NCBI GenBank assembly: GCA_965153455.1
Contig: OZ234493.1
Span: forward strand, 27,642,213-27,706,212
Direction of reading: 5' to 3'
Source of the DNA: Sphagnum compactum
Taxonomy: Eukaryota
Length of the DNA: 64,000 nucleotides
How positions within the stretch are numbered: the stretch's first letter is position 1; every line of letters starts with the position of its first letter. The notes under the pieces are model-generated. The model saw only the letters and a list, made by a program, of their open reading frames with translations. It ran no database searches and was not told the origin of the DNA. Of this stretch, positions 50,066 to 63,690 are shown in pieces. The translations under genes and the position numbers were made by a program.

Positions 50066-53000
50066 TACAATAAATGGTGAAATAGAAAATGCAAAGATTG
50101 TTAATTTGTTTAGTTTTTCCCTCAGAAATATTGTGTCTAATTGGTGTAACAATTACATGGGAGATTACCCAAATTGTACTTTTGCAAAATTGTAGTTAGC
50201 TTTTTATAAAAGGTTCAGATGAGTTGAAAATGATGAGCAAGTCTATCTGCAATTGAAAAACATGAAGTAAGCAGAAGAATGAAATGGTGGAATCTATTAT
50301 GAGATATTATTCAAGTTAGCTAATAGTCTTCAACACATGACAATGGATAGTTTCCTAACTATTGTTTTCAAATCTGGATTTCAACCATATCTACGTGTAG
50401 CAATAACATGCATGAAGAAAAAAACCATGTAGCAACATAAGGAAGCAACTTTGGTTTGTGAAGAAGGAATTTTTGAAATAGAGGCTATAAGCAATTTTTG
50501 AGTACCAAAAAGTAATAAGATAGTATTAGCTCCAAAACCTCAAATAATTACAGAAAAAATAGGAATGTACTCAACAAATTGTCACATGACAAATCATAAT
50601 GTTGAAAATTATAGAGTCAAAAGAAAGGAAAACCGCGTTCCTATAATTTCTAAAGTTACCACCCAATATATCAAAGTACATAGACCTGTAAAGTATTCCT
50701 ATCATATTTGTGGTGACATTGGACATAAGATTATAGAATGTCCTAAGTATAATGACATGCAGAATATGTTTAAGAACAAAGGAATGAAGACAACAGAGAA
50801 ACCATCTATGGTGGAGCCTAAGGTTGCCAATCCTTTAGTTCATATAGTGGATGTCAACATGGCCATCACCAAGAGCAAAGTTATTGAAGAGCAAGTCTTC
50901 AAGGATAGAAAGCCAATCAAGAAGAAGTTTACTACTGACTAAGAAGAAAAACAGAGACTACAACAATCTTTTGTCAAGACACTACAAGATATGCAAGCAG
51001 AAGGCCCACCAAAAAGTCTAAATTAAAAGGAAAAAGCACAATGGAGTACAAGTTGGGCAGGATTACCAGAGACTAAAGTGTTCACAGAACCAATTGTACC
51101 AAAAAATATGTATACTATTCTTAACAACAAAGTTATGTCTATGGAACAGATATTAAAAGATATTAATAAATAGATGCTAAAAACTACCTATACCATGAGG
51201 TTAGCTCAATTATTGAAGATTACACCAAATCTTAATAAATATATGTGGTAGAAATTAAAACCAGAAAAACCTAATATAACTATTAAAGTGATATCAAAAC
51301 CTAGTGTAGCCAGAGTGATTGAGACACACTCTAAAGTTGACACTACAGTTATTGAAGTAGATAACCAGATGGAAGTTATCCAAGTACAGTTGGGAAGCAT
51401 ATTGTTGAAGATGTTTTGTTAGATGGACGAACAAATATTAATATCATAATAGAAAACCTCAAAACAAAATTAGGTTTATCCAAACCAAAACCAAGACCAT
51501 ACCACCTCAGAATGGTAGATCAAAGTATGACCAAACCTTTAGGAATCATTAGAAATTTGAAGATTCACATACATGGTATACCATATGTAGCCACATTTAT
51601 TGTTTTGCAAAACAATGTGGTAGATTCTAGTTATTTTATGTTGTTTGGAAAATCTTGGCTCAGAGATGCAAAGGTTACACATGACTGGGGGAATAATGTG
51701 ATTACTATTTAATGCAATGGAACAGTCAGAACAATATTAGTCAACAAGAAACTGGGAGCAAAAATCAGAAGACCCCAAGTATTTGTTTGTTATGACTTGC
51801 CGGAAAGGCTAACAAATGAAAAGGAAGATCTGATCTTTGAGACAGAACTAGAGTTGTTCTCAATTGGCACAGTCACTATCTCAAAAGAAACAATTTCAAT
51901 GTTGAGTATTGGAATGTCAAAGATCAAAATCAATGAAGAATCTAAACCACAACAAGGGACATTAGATCAAAGAGCAATAGAAGTAGTGCTTTCAACAACA
52001 AAAACAAGAGAATTTAATGTCAGACCATAAATATCACTTCAAGATAAGGTTTATCCAGAAACCTATTATCATCATAGCGAAGCTACTATTGAAATAGATG
52101 AGACACCAACCAAAATTCAAGTACAAAATCTTTAGATTGTAGGTTGGAGTTTGACTAAAAAACAACTTGTAAAACTTTATCTTGGCACAAAAGCAAATCC
52201 ATAGTGCATCATAATTAATGCACAATTAACAAAGGAGAAAATTGAAGAGCTTCAAAGTTTATTCAAGGAGTTCAAAATGTGTTTGCTTATATTTATAAGG
52301 ATGTAAAAGGCATACCTCAAGAGCTGGCTCAACACAGAATTGAGTTAGACACCTCAATTCCATCGGCACATCAAGCAACGTACAAATTGAACCCTAATTA
52401 TGCTGCAACTATCAAATAGGATATTAACAAACTATTAACAGCAGGATACATTTAATTAGTAAAGGAGGCTACATGGTTATCACCTATAGTGGTAGTACTT
52501 AAGAAAAATGGCAAACTGAGAATATGTGTAGATTTTAGGAAGTTGAATAAGGTAACCCAAAAAAATCATTATCTTTAACCATTTTTTGATGAAGTATTGA
52601 ACACTATAACAAGGTATGATATTCATTCTTAGATGGATATTCAGGATACCATCAAAAATTTTATAGCCCCTAAAGATAGATACAAAACACTTTTTGTAAC
52701 ATAATGGGGAGCTTTTTGTTTGGATGGTGATGCCATTTGGTGTCAAAAATGGGCCACCAACATTCCAAAAAGTAGTTAGTAGAACTTTCAGAAAGTATTT
52801 GGACCAATTCATGAAGATATTTTTAGATGATTTTACGATTTGTAGTGATATGGAGAGTCATCTGATGAAGGTCAGACTTTGCTTTCAAAAATGCAGAGAA
52901 TATATAATCAATTTTAATCCCCAAAAACGCCTTTATGGTATTTTCAGGATTAATTTTAGGGTTCATAGTTTCTAAGGAAGGAAAAATACTAGACCCCAAG

Positions 53001-53129
53001 AAGGTTCAAGCAATAGTGAATATGTCAGTACCTACAAACCCATAACAGATTCAGGTCTTTAATGGTATGGTTCAGTTTTATAAATGTTTTATTAAGAATT
53101 TTGCCTTTATCATGGCACTAGAAAAGAGG

Positions 53130-55700
53130 TAGGTACAAATGAGCTAGTTGGTCCAATTTCCATTTCTATTTTTGAAGAAGAGAAGTAGAAGGATGATTTG
53201 CAACAACATCAAGAAGCACCATCACACAACAAGAGGAGCCTACCCATGAACAAATTCTAGAAAAAATCCACATTCCAAACAAGAAGTGCAATAAGAGAAG
53301 AAATTGGCAAGCAATGGTTGCAAATCTGCGAGGAAAGAAGGTGCAAATTCACCAAGATGATGAGGTTAGGTATTTCTTACTCCTATAAAGTAGAGTTATA
53401 ATAACAATCTAAAGAATATTTTGCTTTGGACAAACTCTGGAGAGGAAAAAAGAACATGGGCAAATAGAGCAGGTTTGCTAGGTCTATTTGAGGTTGAATA
53501 AAAGACTCCCCATCACAACATTTTGGTTGAATTTTTGAACAACTAGAAATTGGATTTTGAACATAACAAAATCAAAGTCATGATGGGAAAAAAACAGAAG
53601 ATCATAGATAGACATTTCTTCGCGAAGGTTTTTAAAAAATTTCATATAGGAGAAACAAACGTAGACTAGGCAGAGATGTCAGATGCTAAAGTAGCACTGG
53701 CAAACACAACTAATAGAATCCCAAATATTTACAACACTAATGAAGGGTGGGTTGTAAAGAAGATGAAGTCAAAGTATGTCCATAGAATTGTTGCAATTTT
53801 GCCGATTATCTACAAAAAAAGATAAGGTGCAATATTTTAGCGATAAATTTGCCATGATGATCTCTAAAACAGATCATGGAAAATTTGTCAATTGGGCTGT
53901 AATTATGTATTCTCAATTGGTCAAAAAGTTGATCAAATGGGAAAAATGTCAGAAAAACATGATTGAGGAATAACCAAAAGAAAACCAAAAAAGGATGTAC
54001 GCCATTCTGCTGTTGTTCTAGAAGTTTTGTTTCAGAAGTGGTTTCCATTAAAATGAGCAAAACCACAAGAGAAGAAGCAAACAAAGTAGCCACAAGGAGA
54101 CAAGAGAAGAAAGGATATTATGAGGGAGAGGTTTCTAGAAAACAAGAGACCTCTAAACCCTGCATATATTTTTCCCAAAAAGGAGAAACAACCGGAGACC
54201 AGGACAACTAAAAGAATAGTTTTGATGTCCTAGTCTAATGATGATGAGGAAAGGGAAACTTTGCTGAAGAGGTAGAAAAGACAAGAGGATACTGCAATGA
54301 ATGGTAGTTTAATCCTCAACAAGCAACAAAATTGCTAAGGAAGCAACAACAATAACATTAGAAATAAAAGGAGAAATCAATATCTCCTAAGTTTGATCCA
54401 AGACCATAGGTCTCTCCCAAGTAGGAATAAAGATCAAATGGGCAAGAGCACTAGAGATGGCCCAAGAAAGAGCAAAAATCTCAAGCTCAATAAGCAATAG
54501 ACAATGGACCTAAATCCACTATTAATATAACAATTTGTTCCATTACCACAAAATAATGAAGTTATGCTACCTTCAAGACCAAGTTCTACAACAAGAACAA
54601 AAAAATTTGGAGAAATTTGGATCGCACACAGAAGTCTAAGTTCTTAAAATACTAATTCCAAAGGATAGATTCTTAGGTTTCATACACTAGAGTCTATACA
54701 AGGGCTAGAAGCGGAGTTAAATGAACATAGGAAAACTCCTACTATGTTTCAACAAGTAGTAGAATACAATATACAAATGACCAATACTTTGTTTAGACTT
54801 TCTAATTTGGAAATAAGAAATTATAAAATTATAAAAAAGAAGGACAGATCTTTTTAGAATCTACAGGGGGTTTCGGAAAAGGAGCAAAAGTTCAAACTAG
54901 AGTTGCAAGTCAAGAAGAATGAGAATAGTGAGGTTATTGGCAGAACTACAAATAGCCTGACATAAGATTAACAACATGAAGAGGCACAACAAGGATCTGG
55001 ACAACATCAAAATAGATAGGGATTCTTTGCAAACAACTTTGAAGTAGACATATGCCAATTATTGGAAGTTGAATTCAAAGAAGGATTCTTGGAGTGCAGA
55101 GCACAACAAACTTCAGAGAGTCTACAAGAATATGGAGCGGATTCTTTTAAAGCAGTAGAAGGAGTTAAAGGAGCTCAAAGTGGACATTGGTAATGTATAT
55201 CAAGCCAAGAATGAGGTACAAAGGCAATCTGACTAGAGGGAGGCAGAAATGGATAGAAATTTGTAAAAACAAATGGCTTTTAATGAAAAGTTGCAAAAAC
55301 TTCTAGAGGACACGCAATGGATCAAGCCTTTCAATTTATGACAATGTCTTCAGAGAAAACAATGAACTTAAGAAGCAACATATTTTGCTTCAAGTAAAAC
55401 TCAAGGCATTGACAATGGAGGAAAAGGATGCAAATCTATGGTGGGATGTAGTGCAATCTATTGTCTAAAAAGATATTGGAAAGGTCTATCAAAGGTATGA
55501 CAGAGATGAAAGGCTATACATGTATAGAATATCTTAGATGGAAAGGTCATACCATCATAGTATGAACCTTTAGTCCTCACTTCAGAACTAGAAACTTCAA
55601 ATGAAGAAGAAGAGAGAGGAAATATTGATGGTGCGGGACCATTAGGTATAAGAATAGAAGAGGAGGAACTAACAAATCTTTAAAAAGGGAAGGATAGTCC
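53130..55700 (+). pseudogene. Extra (env-like/additional) ORF of the gypsy element, degenerate
   Basis: Fragments GLLGLFEVE*KTPHHNILVEFLNN*KLD..., RIVAILPIIY/KDKVQYFSDKFAMMISKTDHGKFVNWAVIMYSQLVKKL, then coiled-coil-like E/K/Q-rich codons. The LV.EF and G..VNWA pattern recalls Athila ORF1 / putative plant transposon protein domains. Confidence 0.55.
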
Positions 55701-55871
55701 CCAGAGGGAGGTTGGTGGTATGACATATGCATCAAAATAAACTTTAGAACCAATAGAATATGTTTTCTAGGAGGTTAGTTCTCAAGAGTATGCATTTGTA
55801 ACCACAAAAATAGGGGAGCGAATACAAATTGAAGAACACAAAACTTAGGAAGTTTAACAAGATCAGATTGA

Positions 55872-56075
55872 CCTTACATTAAAACTACAACAACAGGAGT
55901 AGACTTAGATTACATCAAAGCTACAACAACAAGAGCAAACTTAGATTACATTAGATCTGTAGTCACATCAACAATTATAAGTTGCATTAGAGCTACAACA
56001 ATAGGAGTAGCCTAAGATTAATTCAAATCTGTGATCATAATAGCAGCCATAAGTGACATCAGAGTTGCAATCACA
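55872..56075. repeat. ~36-bp tandem repeat in the 3' region of the gypsy element
   Basis: ttacatta.a.ctacaacaaca.gag.a.acttaga repeated 3-5 times with decay. Confidence 0.7.
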
Positions 56076-57848
56076 AGAGTAAACAATAACACATCATCGC
56101 ACAACTGTCAACAAAAGCACAAGAAGAACAACAATAGACTCTACAAACAATAGATGAATTAGACATTAGTTCAATCTTAAGTACAACATGCATAGACAAA
56201 TCAAATATAATACAAATAGATTAGATTATAGTATAGCAAGATCAACATCACATTTCTGACTCACATGAGTAGAATAACATTAAATTTAACGTTCTTAACA
56301 TATTTTGATTCAGAATTCTAGGATGTAATTCAAAGTATGGGTGGGGTAATGTTAAAGGAATAATTACTCATGGTAATAATTAGTTAATATATTTCTACTT
56401 ACCTAGTTATTGTTTTAGGAATTACTAGCTAGATTACATAGTTTTTGTCACCGTTTGAATTTGAATAGATCATAGGATTGTTTTTTTTAGATGGTTATAT
56501 CTGGGAAGAAGGAAGAGAATGGGAGAGGATTATTCATTATAGAACATTGAATTTTGTGGGATCATGAAACAAGAGTATTTGGTTTTTGGAAAAGTTTCAA
56601 CTGCATAGCCAGATTTGTTGTTTTGATGTTTTTCTCATACTTTCATAACTAGATTAAAATTATGAATCTAGATATGAATAAATCTAAATGAGCATATTTT
56701 ATTAGTATTAGTTTCATGATATGTTTTAGTCCAGATTTAGATCAGAATATACAGTAGAGATTTTGTATTTACCAAAACATTTCATGGCTTAACATTGAGC
56801 ATATTTAAAAGATCTTTATTTTCATTCCATCATCTTGGTAAAAGAAAACAAACGTTAAGCCCATGCCACAGTTGGTGGTAGGCCTAATGGTATTTCATTG
56901 TTAAAGGTGAAAAAAAAATAGGAGTCCACGCATATGTTGTTACATAACATTTTGTATGAGGTGGCATATGAGATGGCAATGGTGTTAACTTGGTGTTAAC
57001 AACCAATGTTAACAAACACTAAATCTAAAAAATATGTAAATCTCACGAATGATTTTTGGTGTTATGCAATGTTTTCAAATTAAAGCGATTATCTCAATGT
57101 TAAGAGAATCCATCACCTTATATCTCTCTTGTTCCTCCCATTTTTCTCTCTAGCTTCTACCGCCATTGTTTCTTCACTTCAAAATTACATTTCCATCATG
57201 CATGTGTGCACAAACAAATGTGCCATCATTATTTTCTACAAATTCAATGTACACATTTGTTGAGTATAAGAGTTTCATCTACATGTTGTGCAACAACACA
57301 TGCAAACAGAGATGTGCGCATGCATGGTGCAAACAAGGATGGATGTAAGCTTTTAAGAATCTATAAAGTCTAGATGTTCTACATTCACTTGCAAAGCTTT
57401 AGCCTACAATTGTGATTGAAGATGTTGCCCATGGACAAAGAACACTTGGTCTTCAGGTGTTTCCAACGAGCAACATTAGACCTATGAAATCTTGACAAGG
57501 AATAAAACATTGCTCAACAAACAACACCAACATCAAGTCCAGTGGTTCCAACAACCAATGTTGGAAATGCCATTCCAAGTAAGTTGAATTCCCTACACCT
57601 TTCTATTTATGTGTAAACATTTAAACCCTAAACATAAAACAATAATTTTAGAAAACAAGACTTCAAGAAATTGGAAAAGAACTTTGAAATTCAAAGAAGA
57701 AGGAAAAATGTTGAGAGGATTTGATATTCCATGCAAATTTCATAAATGTCACTAAAGGTAATGCATGAACATTAGTCCTCACAAGAGTAAGGGGAAGCAG
57801 AAAGTTCTAGATTCATCAAAATCCTTAGAAATCTGAACAAGGAAACCT

Positions 57849-58363
57849 AGACAAATAAATTGGGAGAATTTTGAGATCCTTGTACTCATCAATGCAAAAA
57901 ATTTGAGCATGAGGCCAACTTGGAAATTGTTGATTCGCGAAACAACATGGAGACATTGGTAACAAAATGGAAGCGCATTTCATAAGTTGTAATAGATAAT
58001 GGTCGTTTTGAACATCATCTCAACGAACCAACCTGCAAGGACAAGTGGGGGTCTTTGTATGGTGACTACAAAAAAATACACGAATACATGAGTGGTATGG
58101 GACATAATGAAGAATATTGGGACATGTCTGCAAAAGACAAAATCACACAAGGCTGGCCCAAAAACTTTAGCAAGATGTTCTTTGAGCTCATTGACTCCTT
58201 CATGAGTAGCAAACCTTGCTTCAACCCACCACATATGCAAGATTTTATGAACCTAAATGACGATGTGTATTGCGCACTAGCTTATCATGCTTCTTCATCA
58301 TGTGATGACCATGAAATCATTGAAGAGTTCAACAATGAGGAGGTGGTTGAAAAAGATGCATAA
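57849..58363 (+). pseudogene. Harbinger Myb/SANT-like (trihelix) DNA-binding protein remnant
   Basis: RQINWENFEILVLINAK../..TKWKRIS*...NEPTCKDKWGSLYGDYKKIHEY...EYWDMS..DK...WPKNF. This is the trihelix W-W-W pattern, with a stop and a frameshift. Confidence 0.8.
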
Positions 58364-59449
58364 GATCTGTGTGTTACTCAAGATGTAGTCTTCCACTATG
58401 CAGAAGCATTAAAGATAGGGCATAGTTAGCAACACCTCTAAAATTTCATAAAATAGGGTAGAGTGCACAAGGTAGACTAAAAAACTTTTCGTCTTGCCCT
58501 AGTCGGACTCAAAACCCTAGGAATAACTACACCTCAATAGAGCCTAACATTTCAACCTAAATTTTCAAGTCCAAATGCAAGTTTAATTACATAAGGAAGA
58601 CAACCAACTATTTCAAATCTAATACCAAGACAAGCTACACAACAAAATCTAAAAAAAACTAAAAGTATTCCCATACCACAATGTACATCAAACCATCCAA
58701 AACCTATTGTAGCAGATAATGCTTTTGGTATTCAATCCTAACACCATGTGGGGAACACGTGTAAAAAGAAAATCAACATATGCTCACAAAGTTTGGTGGA
58801 AGTAATTGAAAAAGGTAATGTGGCTTTGGTTCAATCAATCAACCGAATCCATGAGACCAATTTGCAAATTGAAAAAAAACATGTTCGAACATAAAAAGAG
58901 ATTCTACAAAAACAATTGGAATATTTCAAACTCCAAGACACAAAAATCAACAAAGCTCGACAAGGCATGGTCTATGTAATCACAAGGTTCACATAAATAA
59001 TGGACCTTACAATCACAGAGATCTACATGAAAATATGGTAACAGTAGTAACATTAGCTAAACTGACAATAATGGTAACAATTGGACTAGTAACAACAACA
59101 TCAGTAATAGCAATAGTTTGACCAATAATAGTAGCAGCAACTGGATGGACAACAATAATAATAAATGGATCAACAACACCAATAACAACAACACTTGAAT
59201 TTGTAATAACAGTAACAACACTTGCACCGGAACTACCAATACATGTCAATCTAACATCTGACACTATTACTACTTAACATGGAGATCTGAAATCATGAAC
59301 TTGGAATTTTGTAATTGTAGACATTTGAATTGACATGATGCGAATAAAACATTATTGAATACCACATGTAGCTACCATTTTGATTTGTTAGACAATTTTA
59401 ATTACATTGTGCACCAAGGTAATTTTTTAAGGTATAACGATGTTGTTCC

Positions 59450-60560
59450 CCTCATAGTTTTTTTGCCTTGGATTCAAACATTTTCCTCATTGTGATTGAA
59501 TCCATTTGATGCATCATTAACATCTTGCATTGCAACTTCCATTTCTATCACTTGCATGAATTCTTTAACATCTACCTCTTTCCTCCCGAGTATCACATTG
59601 TGGAGTAAGCAACAAACACTAAATACATTAGGCACAATTGTGACATGCCATTCTATCTTTTTGAATTTTTTTTGAAAGTTTTTTTCATTATTCCAAAGGT
59701 CTCCTCCTTTTGTGTTTGCGGTTGTATAACAACTCCAACATTGAGTGTTGTTCTTGATTTTCTTTATGAAGGGTCATAAGCTAAAAAAATAACGGGTAAG
59801 CTTTATCCCCAAGTATGCATGGAAACATTCCATCTTGTGACCCAGTGGCCATGTCAAAAAGGCCCCCATGTATTGCACATTGATACAACTTGGACTTCTT
59901 CAACGCATAGGAATCATTTACATCCTAAGCAACCCCACAAAGACATCCAAGAACCTTTTCTTATTATCAACCACTATTTGAACTACAATATTGTAGCCCT
60001 TAGTCGTGTGGTATAGTAATCCTTCGAGAAAGCACCAATTGGTTTTGCTATACTAATATGGGTTCCATCTGTAGCCCCCATAATGCTATGCATTCTACAC
60101 TAATTTTTGAAAATCCAACATGATAGTTTGCATCTTATTACATATAAGCCAAGTTATGAACTTTTTTAACACAATGTTGATTGCCATGATCACTATGTGC
60201 AACACAAGAACTACAATAGAACGCCTAATGGCAAACAACATTTCAATACATGCTAAAATGTTTGCACCTTGTGCAAGCTTGTAGATTGCACATGAAACTC
60301 GCATGTCGACGAGGATTGCCTATTTGTACTTCATATCTTGCTTTGAAATAAGAGGTTTCATTTGGTTGCAAATGTCCATAAATGTATCTTTTGACATTTG
60401 AAATTGTTCAATGCACCTTTTGTTATCATATTTTGTCAATAAAAAATGACTAAATCATGCAATCTATTGGGGTTTCACCCAATGTCCCAAGTCCTCACCA
60501 ATTGCTAACAAACTGCATGATACTCTATAATCTTATATTGCAATAGATGTCAATATGATA
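59450..60560 (-). pseudogene. Harbinger DDE transposase (HARBI1/DDE_Tnp_4-like) remnant
   Basis: YDNKRCIEQFQMSKDTFMDICNQM..., AIYKLAQG, GATDGTHISIAKP, ILGDKAYPL, YNRKH. Multiple stops and frameshifts. Confidence 0.85.
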
Positions 60561-63500
60561 TCATATTTTAGCTACAATTCCGTACAACGATTCAACCGCA
60601 ACAAACAACATAATGTAACTTGATGGGGGCACAACACACAATTGTTACAAAACTTGAACAAAAGGAGAAAACCATTAATCACCATTAACATTGACATGGA
60701 TTCATGATAACCAACACAATGAAACCTACAAAAACAAATAAATATTTGCGATCAAAAGAAAAGAATTGTGAGAAAAGCCAATGTAATCAATTGTGATTGC
60801 CCTATTTGCTCTTCCATGTTGAAAAAATATTGTGTAAACATGCTCTTCAACAAATGTGGAGTGCAGTTTCAATTCTTTATGTAAACAAAGTTTTTTCCAA
60901 TGTAGAGCTGGTGAACACAACTTGAAAAACACAAAGGTACCATGTGACCACAACAAAACATGTCATTTGAAGAGAACACCTATAAGAAACATGCCACAAC
61001 AATAAGGAAATAAATAGCACACAAGTTATTTGATCTTCCGCATGACAACTATCCAAGCTTCAAAATGCAAAATTGGAACATAGTTCAAACTACATACCTA
61101 AAAGTTGGAGCATGTGAAACAACAACAAAGCTCAATAAAAACACTTGAAGCCAACACACAACAATGACAACACTCCAACTAATTTCATGCATTCCAAAAT
61201 GCACATTGCACAACACAACAACAACAAGACTTGAAAAATGAACGAACATTGCAAAAAAGAAGAAAAAGAAACTTACCTCTAGCAACAAGTTTGGATGTGT
61301 TTTCAAAAAATTCTTGGAGGTTGCGTGGTACTTGGCAACGAACACTTGGTGTGGACTTGACGCCAAAAGTGTGTTTAAGATCAGGGCATAAATGTTCGTT
61401 TCATGATAACAAACGCACAAAAGCAATATAAGTTAATGTTAGGGCACTGTTAGAGATTGCTCCTTAACCACTAGGTGTGACATAGGCTTTAGTGACTTTT
61501 CATTCTCCTTGTAAAGCTAGGAAAAATATTCATGCAAAACAAATCTTGGAATATTTCATTTGGACTTTGTTCGAGGAAGTTATGAATTTTCGAACTCTTA
61601 CAACCAAAATATTGGTTTGATTGGCATTGACCAATAAGTTTGATTCTACCACTTTGATAAAGGTATTACCTTAAGTGAGTTTTGAAAAATAATTGATTTT
61701 TGAATAATCATTAGAGGTTTTGCAAGGGGTGTCGACTTACTAAAAGGAAGATGCACCTTTTTGCAATTTTGCAAAAGGGGACGACACTGACTTTGAGATT
61801 ACTATTCAAAAACTTCAATTCTTAAAATTATTATTTTTCTTCATTTTTCTTAAGTTTCACCAAATGAAAATTTTCATGTGCACTTTACAACTTATGTATT
61901 TATTTTCCTAAAATATTGAAGTATCCTTTATAAAAATTGTGGTTCAATGTCTTCAACATGGTTGTCAAATGTAAAGCTAGGGGAAATATTTCAAAAAGAA
62001 GTCTTGAAACTTTTGTAACATATAATATGAAGAACATATGTCGAAAAAGGCTTTACAGAAATGAGTTTCGGTAAAAGCCAAAAAATACTCAAACTTTCAT
62101 GAATTTCAATCCAATTTCTACTACATGGATATGTACCACCACTAATAGCAATGGTCAAATAGATTTAAAAAGTTCTACAACAGAATTTGGCAATAGAAAA
62201 ATGTGTAACTTAAAGCTTGAAGACAAGAAAAAATTCACATATGATATTTCAATATTCCAGCAAAATAAATGCAAAATTTCTAAAAACGCACTTGAGAATC
62301 ATCAAGTGGTGATCTTAAGAAAAAGTCTAAGAAAAATGAAAGAGAAAATCAAAATGTCTAAAACTCTAAGTTAAATATAAATTTCAAAGCCACCATTATT
62401 CATTTCACCCTAAAACCTGCCCATTGATTTGCACTTCAATGTGAATCGTTCACTTGAGAATTGTCCTATAAATAAAAATTAAAGAGTATGAAAATTGTGC
62501 AAGGTAAAAAAAATCGAAATGTGGTTCTCTGTTTTAGAGGTCTAGGATTAAGGGATTATTTATTCTAGGTTTGAGTAATATGTAATTTTTTTAATGGGAT
62601 ATGTGTGCATCCTCAAAGCTAAATGTTTTTATTTCAATGCATCATCTTAATTGACATTGCTTTTAATACTCCCTATGGTGTTAGTTCCACCACATTAACA
62701 TGACAAGAGCTTTTCTTTAGCTCATATATATATAATATATGCCCACAATGTTGAGCAAAGAATATGGAACAAACTTGTGATAAGTTGGACAGTATTTTGA
62801 GTGCACATTGCTGCCTCATTATTTGAATAGTGTAAATTCAATAATTGGTTTGTAAGAACTATTGGAGATAATTGATTTTCTTACATTTGTGAAAACCAAT
62901 AACTTGAGAATTGGCTGAAATTAAGAAATACTGTTTTTATACCTTAAATGGTTCTCATAATAATAAAGAAGATGTAAAAAAACTGAGCTAGATTTGACAA
63001 CTCTATGAGAAAATCAAAACTGTCCCAACATTGATTGGTACCCCTTGCAAAACCTCCAATGATCCTTTAGAAGTTGCATGCTAATCTCTTAAAATAGGCA
63101 TGAACTCCAACATTCTATGAGTGTAGAAAAAACACACCCTTCATTTTTTTTTAAATGAGGAAAATTTAATGCCTATTTTACCACATATTATCACCTTAAA
63201 ACTCAATGACAATTCCCAGCCCACCCAGTTTCCCCTATGTCATTTAAAGTTGACAATTGCATTCTCATGTTATTTTCTTTCCTACCTGCTGTTCACAATG
63301 CCCTTTGTATTATTGTTTTGTAACCCTTAGTTCTGTCACAAACGAATGAGTGTCTTTTCATTTCTCTGTGTACTTTGTGAGATCTCCCCCAGCAGAAGAA
63401 CCCTGGGGGGTTATGCCAAGTGGAGATGTTCCTATGTTCCCATGTTCCTGTAAACAGACAGTCGTTTACATGCTTGGAGGTTCCTGTACTTAAGGGTTCT

Positions 63501-63620
63501 TCTGAGGTTCAGGAATGTCCTCATCATGGTTCCAGGGCTCCTCCAGAGCTCTGAGAGCTGGAGTGTTTGAGAGAAAGGAAGAGCGATGGGCTCTCCGCTT
63601 CCTGGGAGTGTTTCAGAGAG

Positions 63621-63640
63621 CCCCCCCCCCCCCCCCCCCC
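63621..63640. repeat. C20 homopolymer
   Basis: 20 consecutive C. Confidence 0.95.
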
Positions 63641-63690
63641 AGCTCCTCCTCCGTTTTTCTTTGTGTTTTTTTTGTCCATCCTCAGCGGTG

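Larger units (their letters stand above)
48300..56444 (+). mobile_element. Degenerate Ty3/gypsy (non-chromovirus, Athila-like) LTR retrotransposon with RNase H and integrase missing
   Basis: Direct repeats 48300-48394 and 56350-56444 start TG and differ at 7 of 95 positions. A purine-rich tract precedes the 3' repeat. Contents: gag (PLNY.EY.KDSNPD.HV.VFK; CHICGDIGHKIIECP), protease (VLLDGRTNINII, ~51410), RT (KKNGKLRICVDFRKLN, MPFGVKNGPPTFQ, FLDDF; ~52270-52970), then an abrupt switch at ~53120 to an extra ORF. Many stops. Confidence 0.9.
56960..61465. mobile_element. Decayed PIF/Harbinger transposon (two convergent genes)
   Basis: Myb/SANT-trihelix ORF on + and DDE transposase on -. The right end ..gttagagattgctcc|ttaa resembles a Harbinger TIR with a TTA/TAA flank. 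The left end is uncertain. Confidence 0.75.

Noticed and set aside
59013-59264. Hydrophobic V/I/L-rich ORFs as membrane peptides
   Set aside because: They are antisense translations of an (aca/ata/gta)-rich low-complexity tract inside the Harbinger relic.
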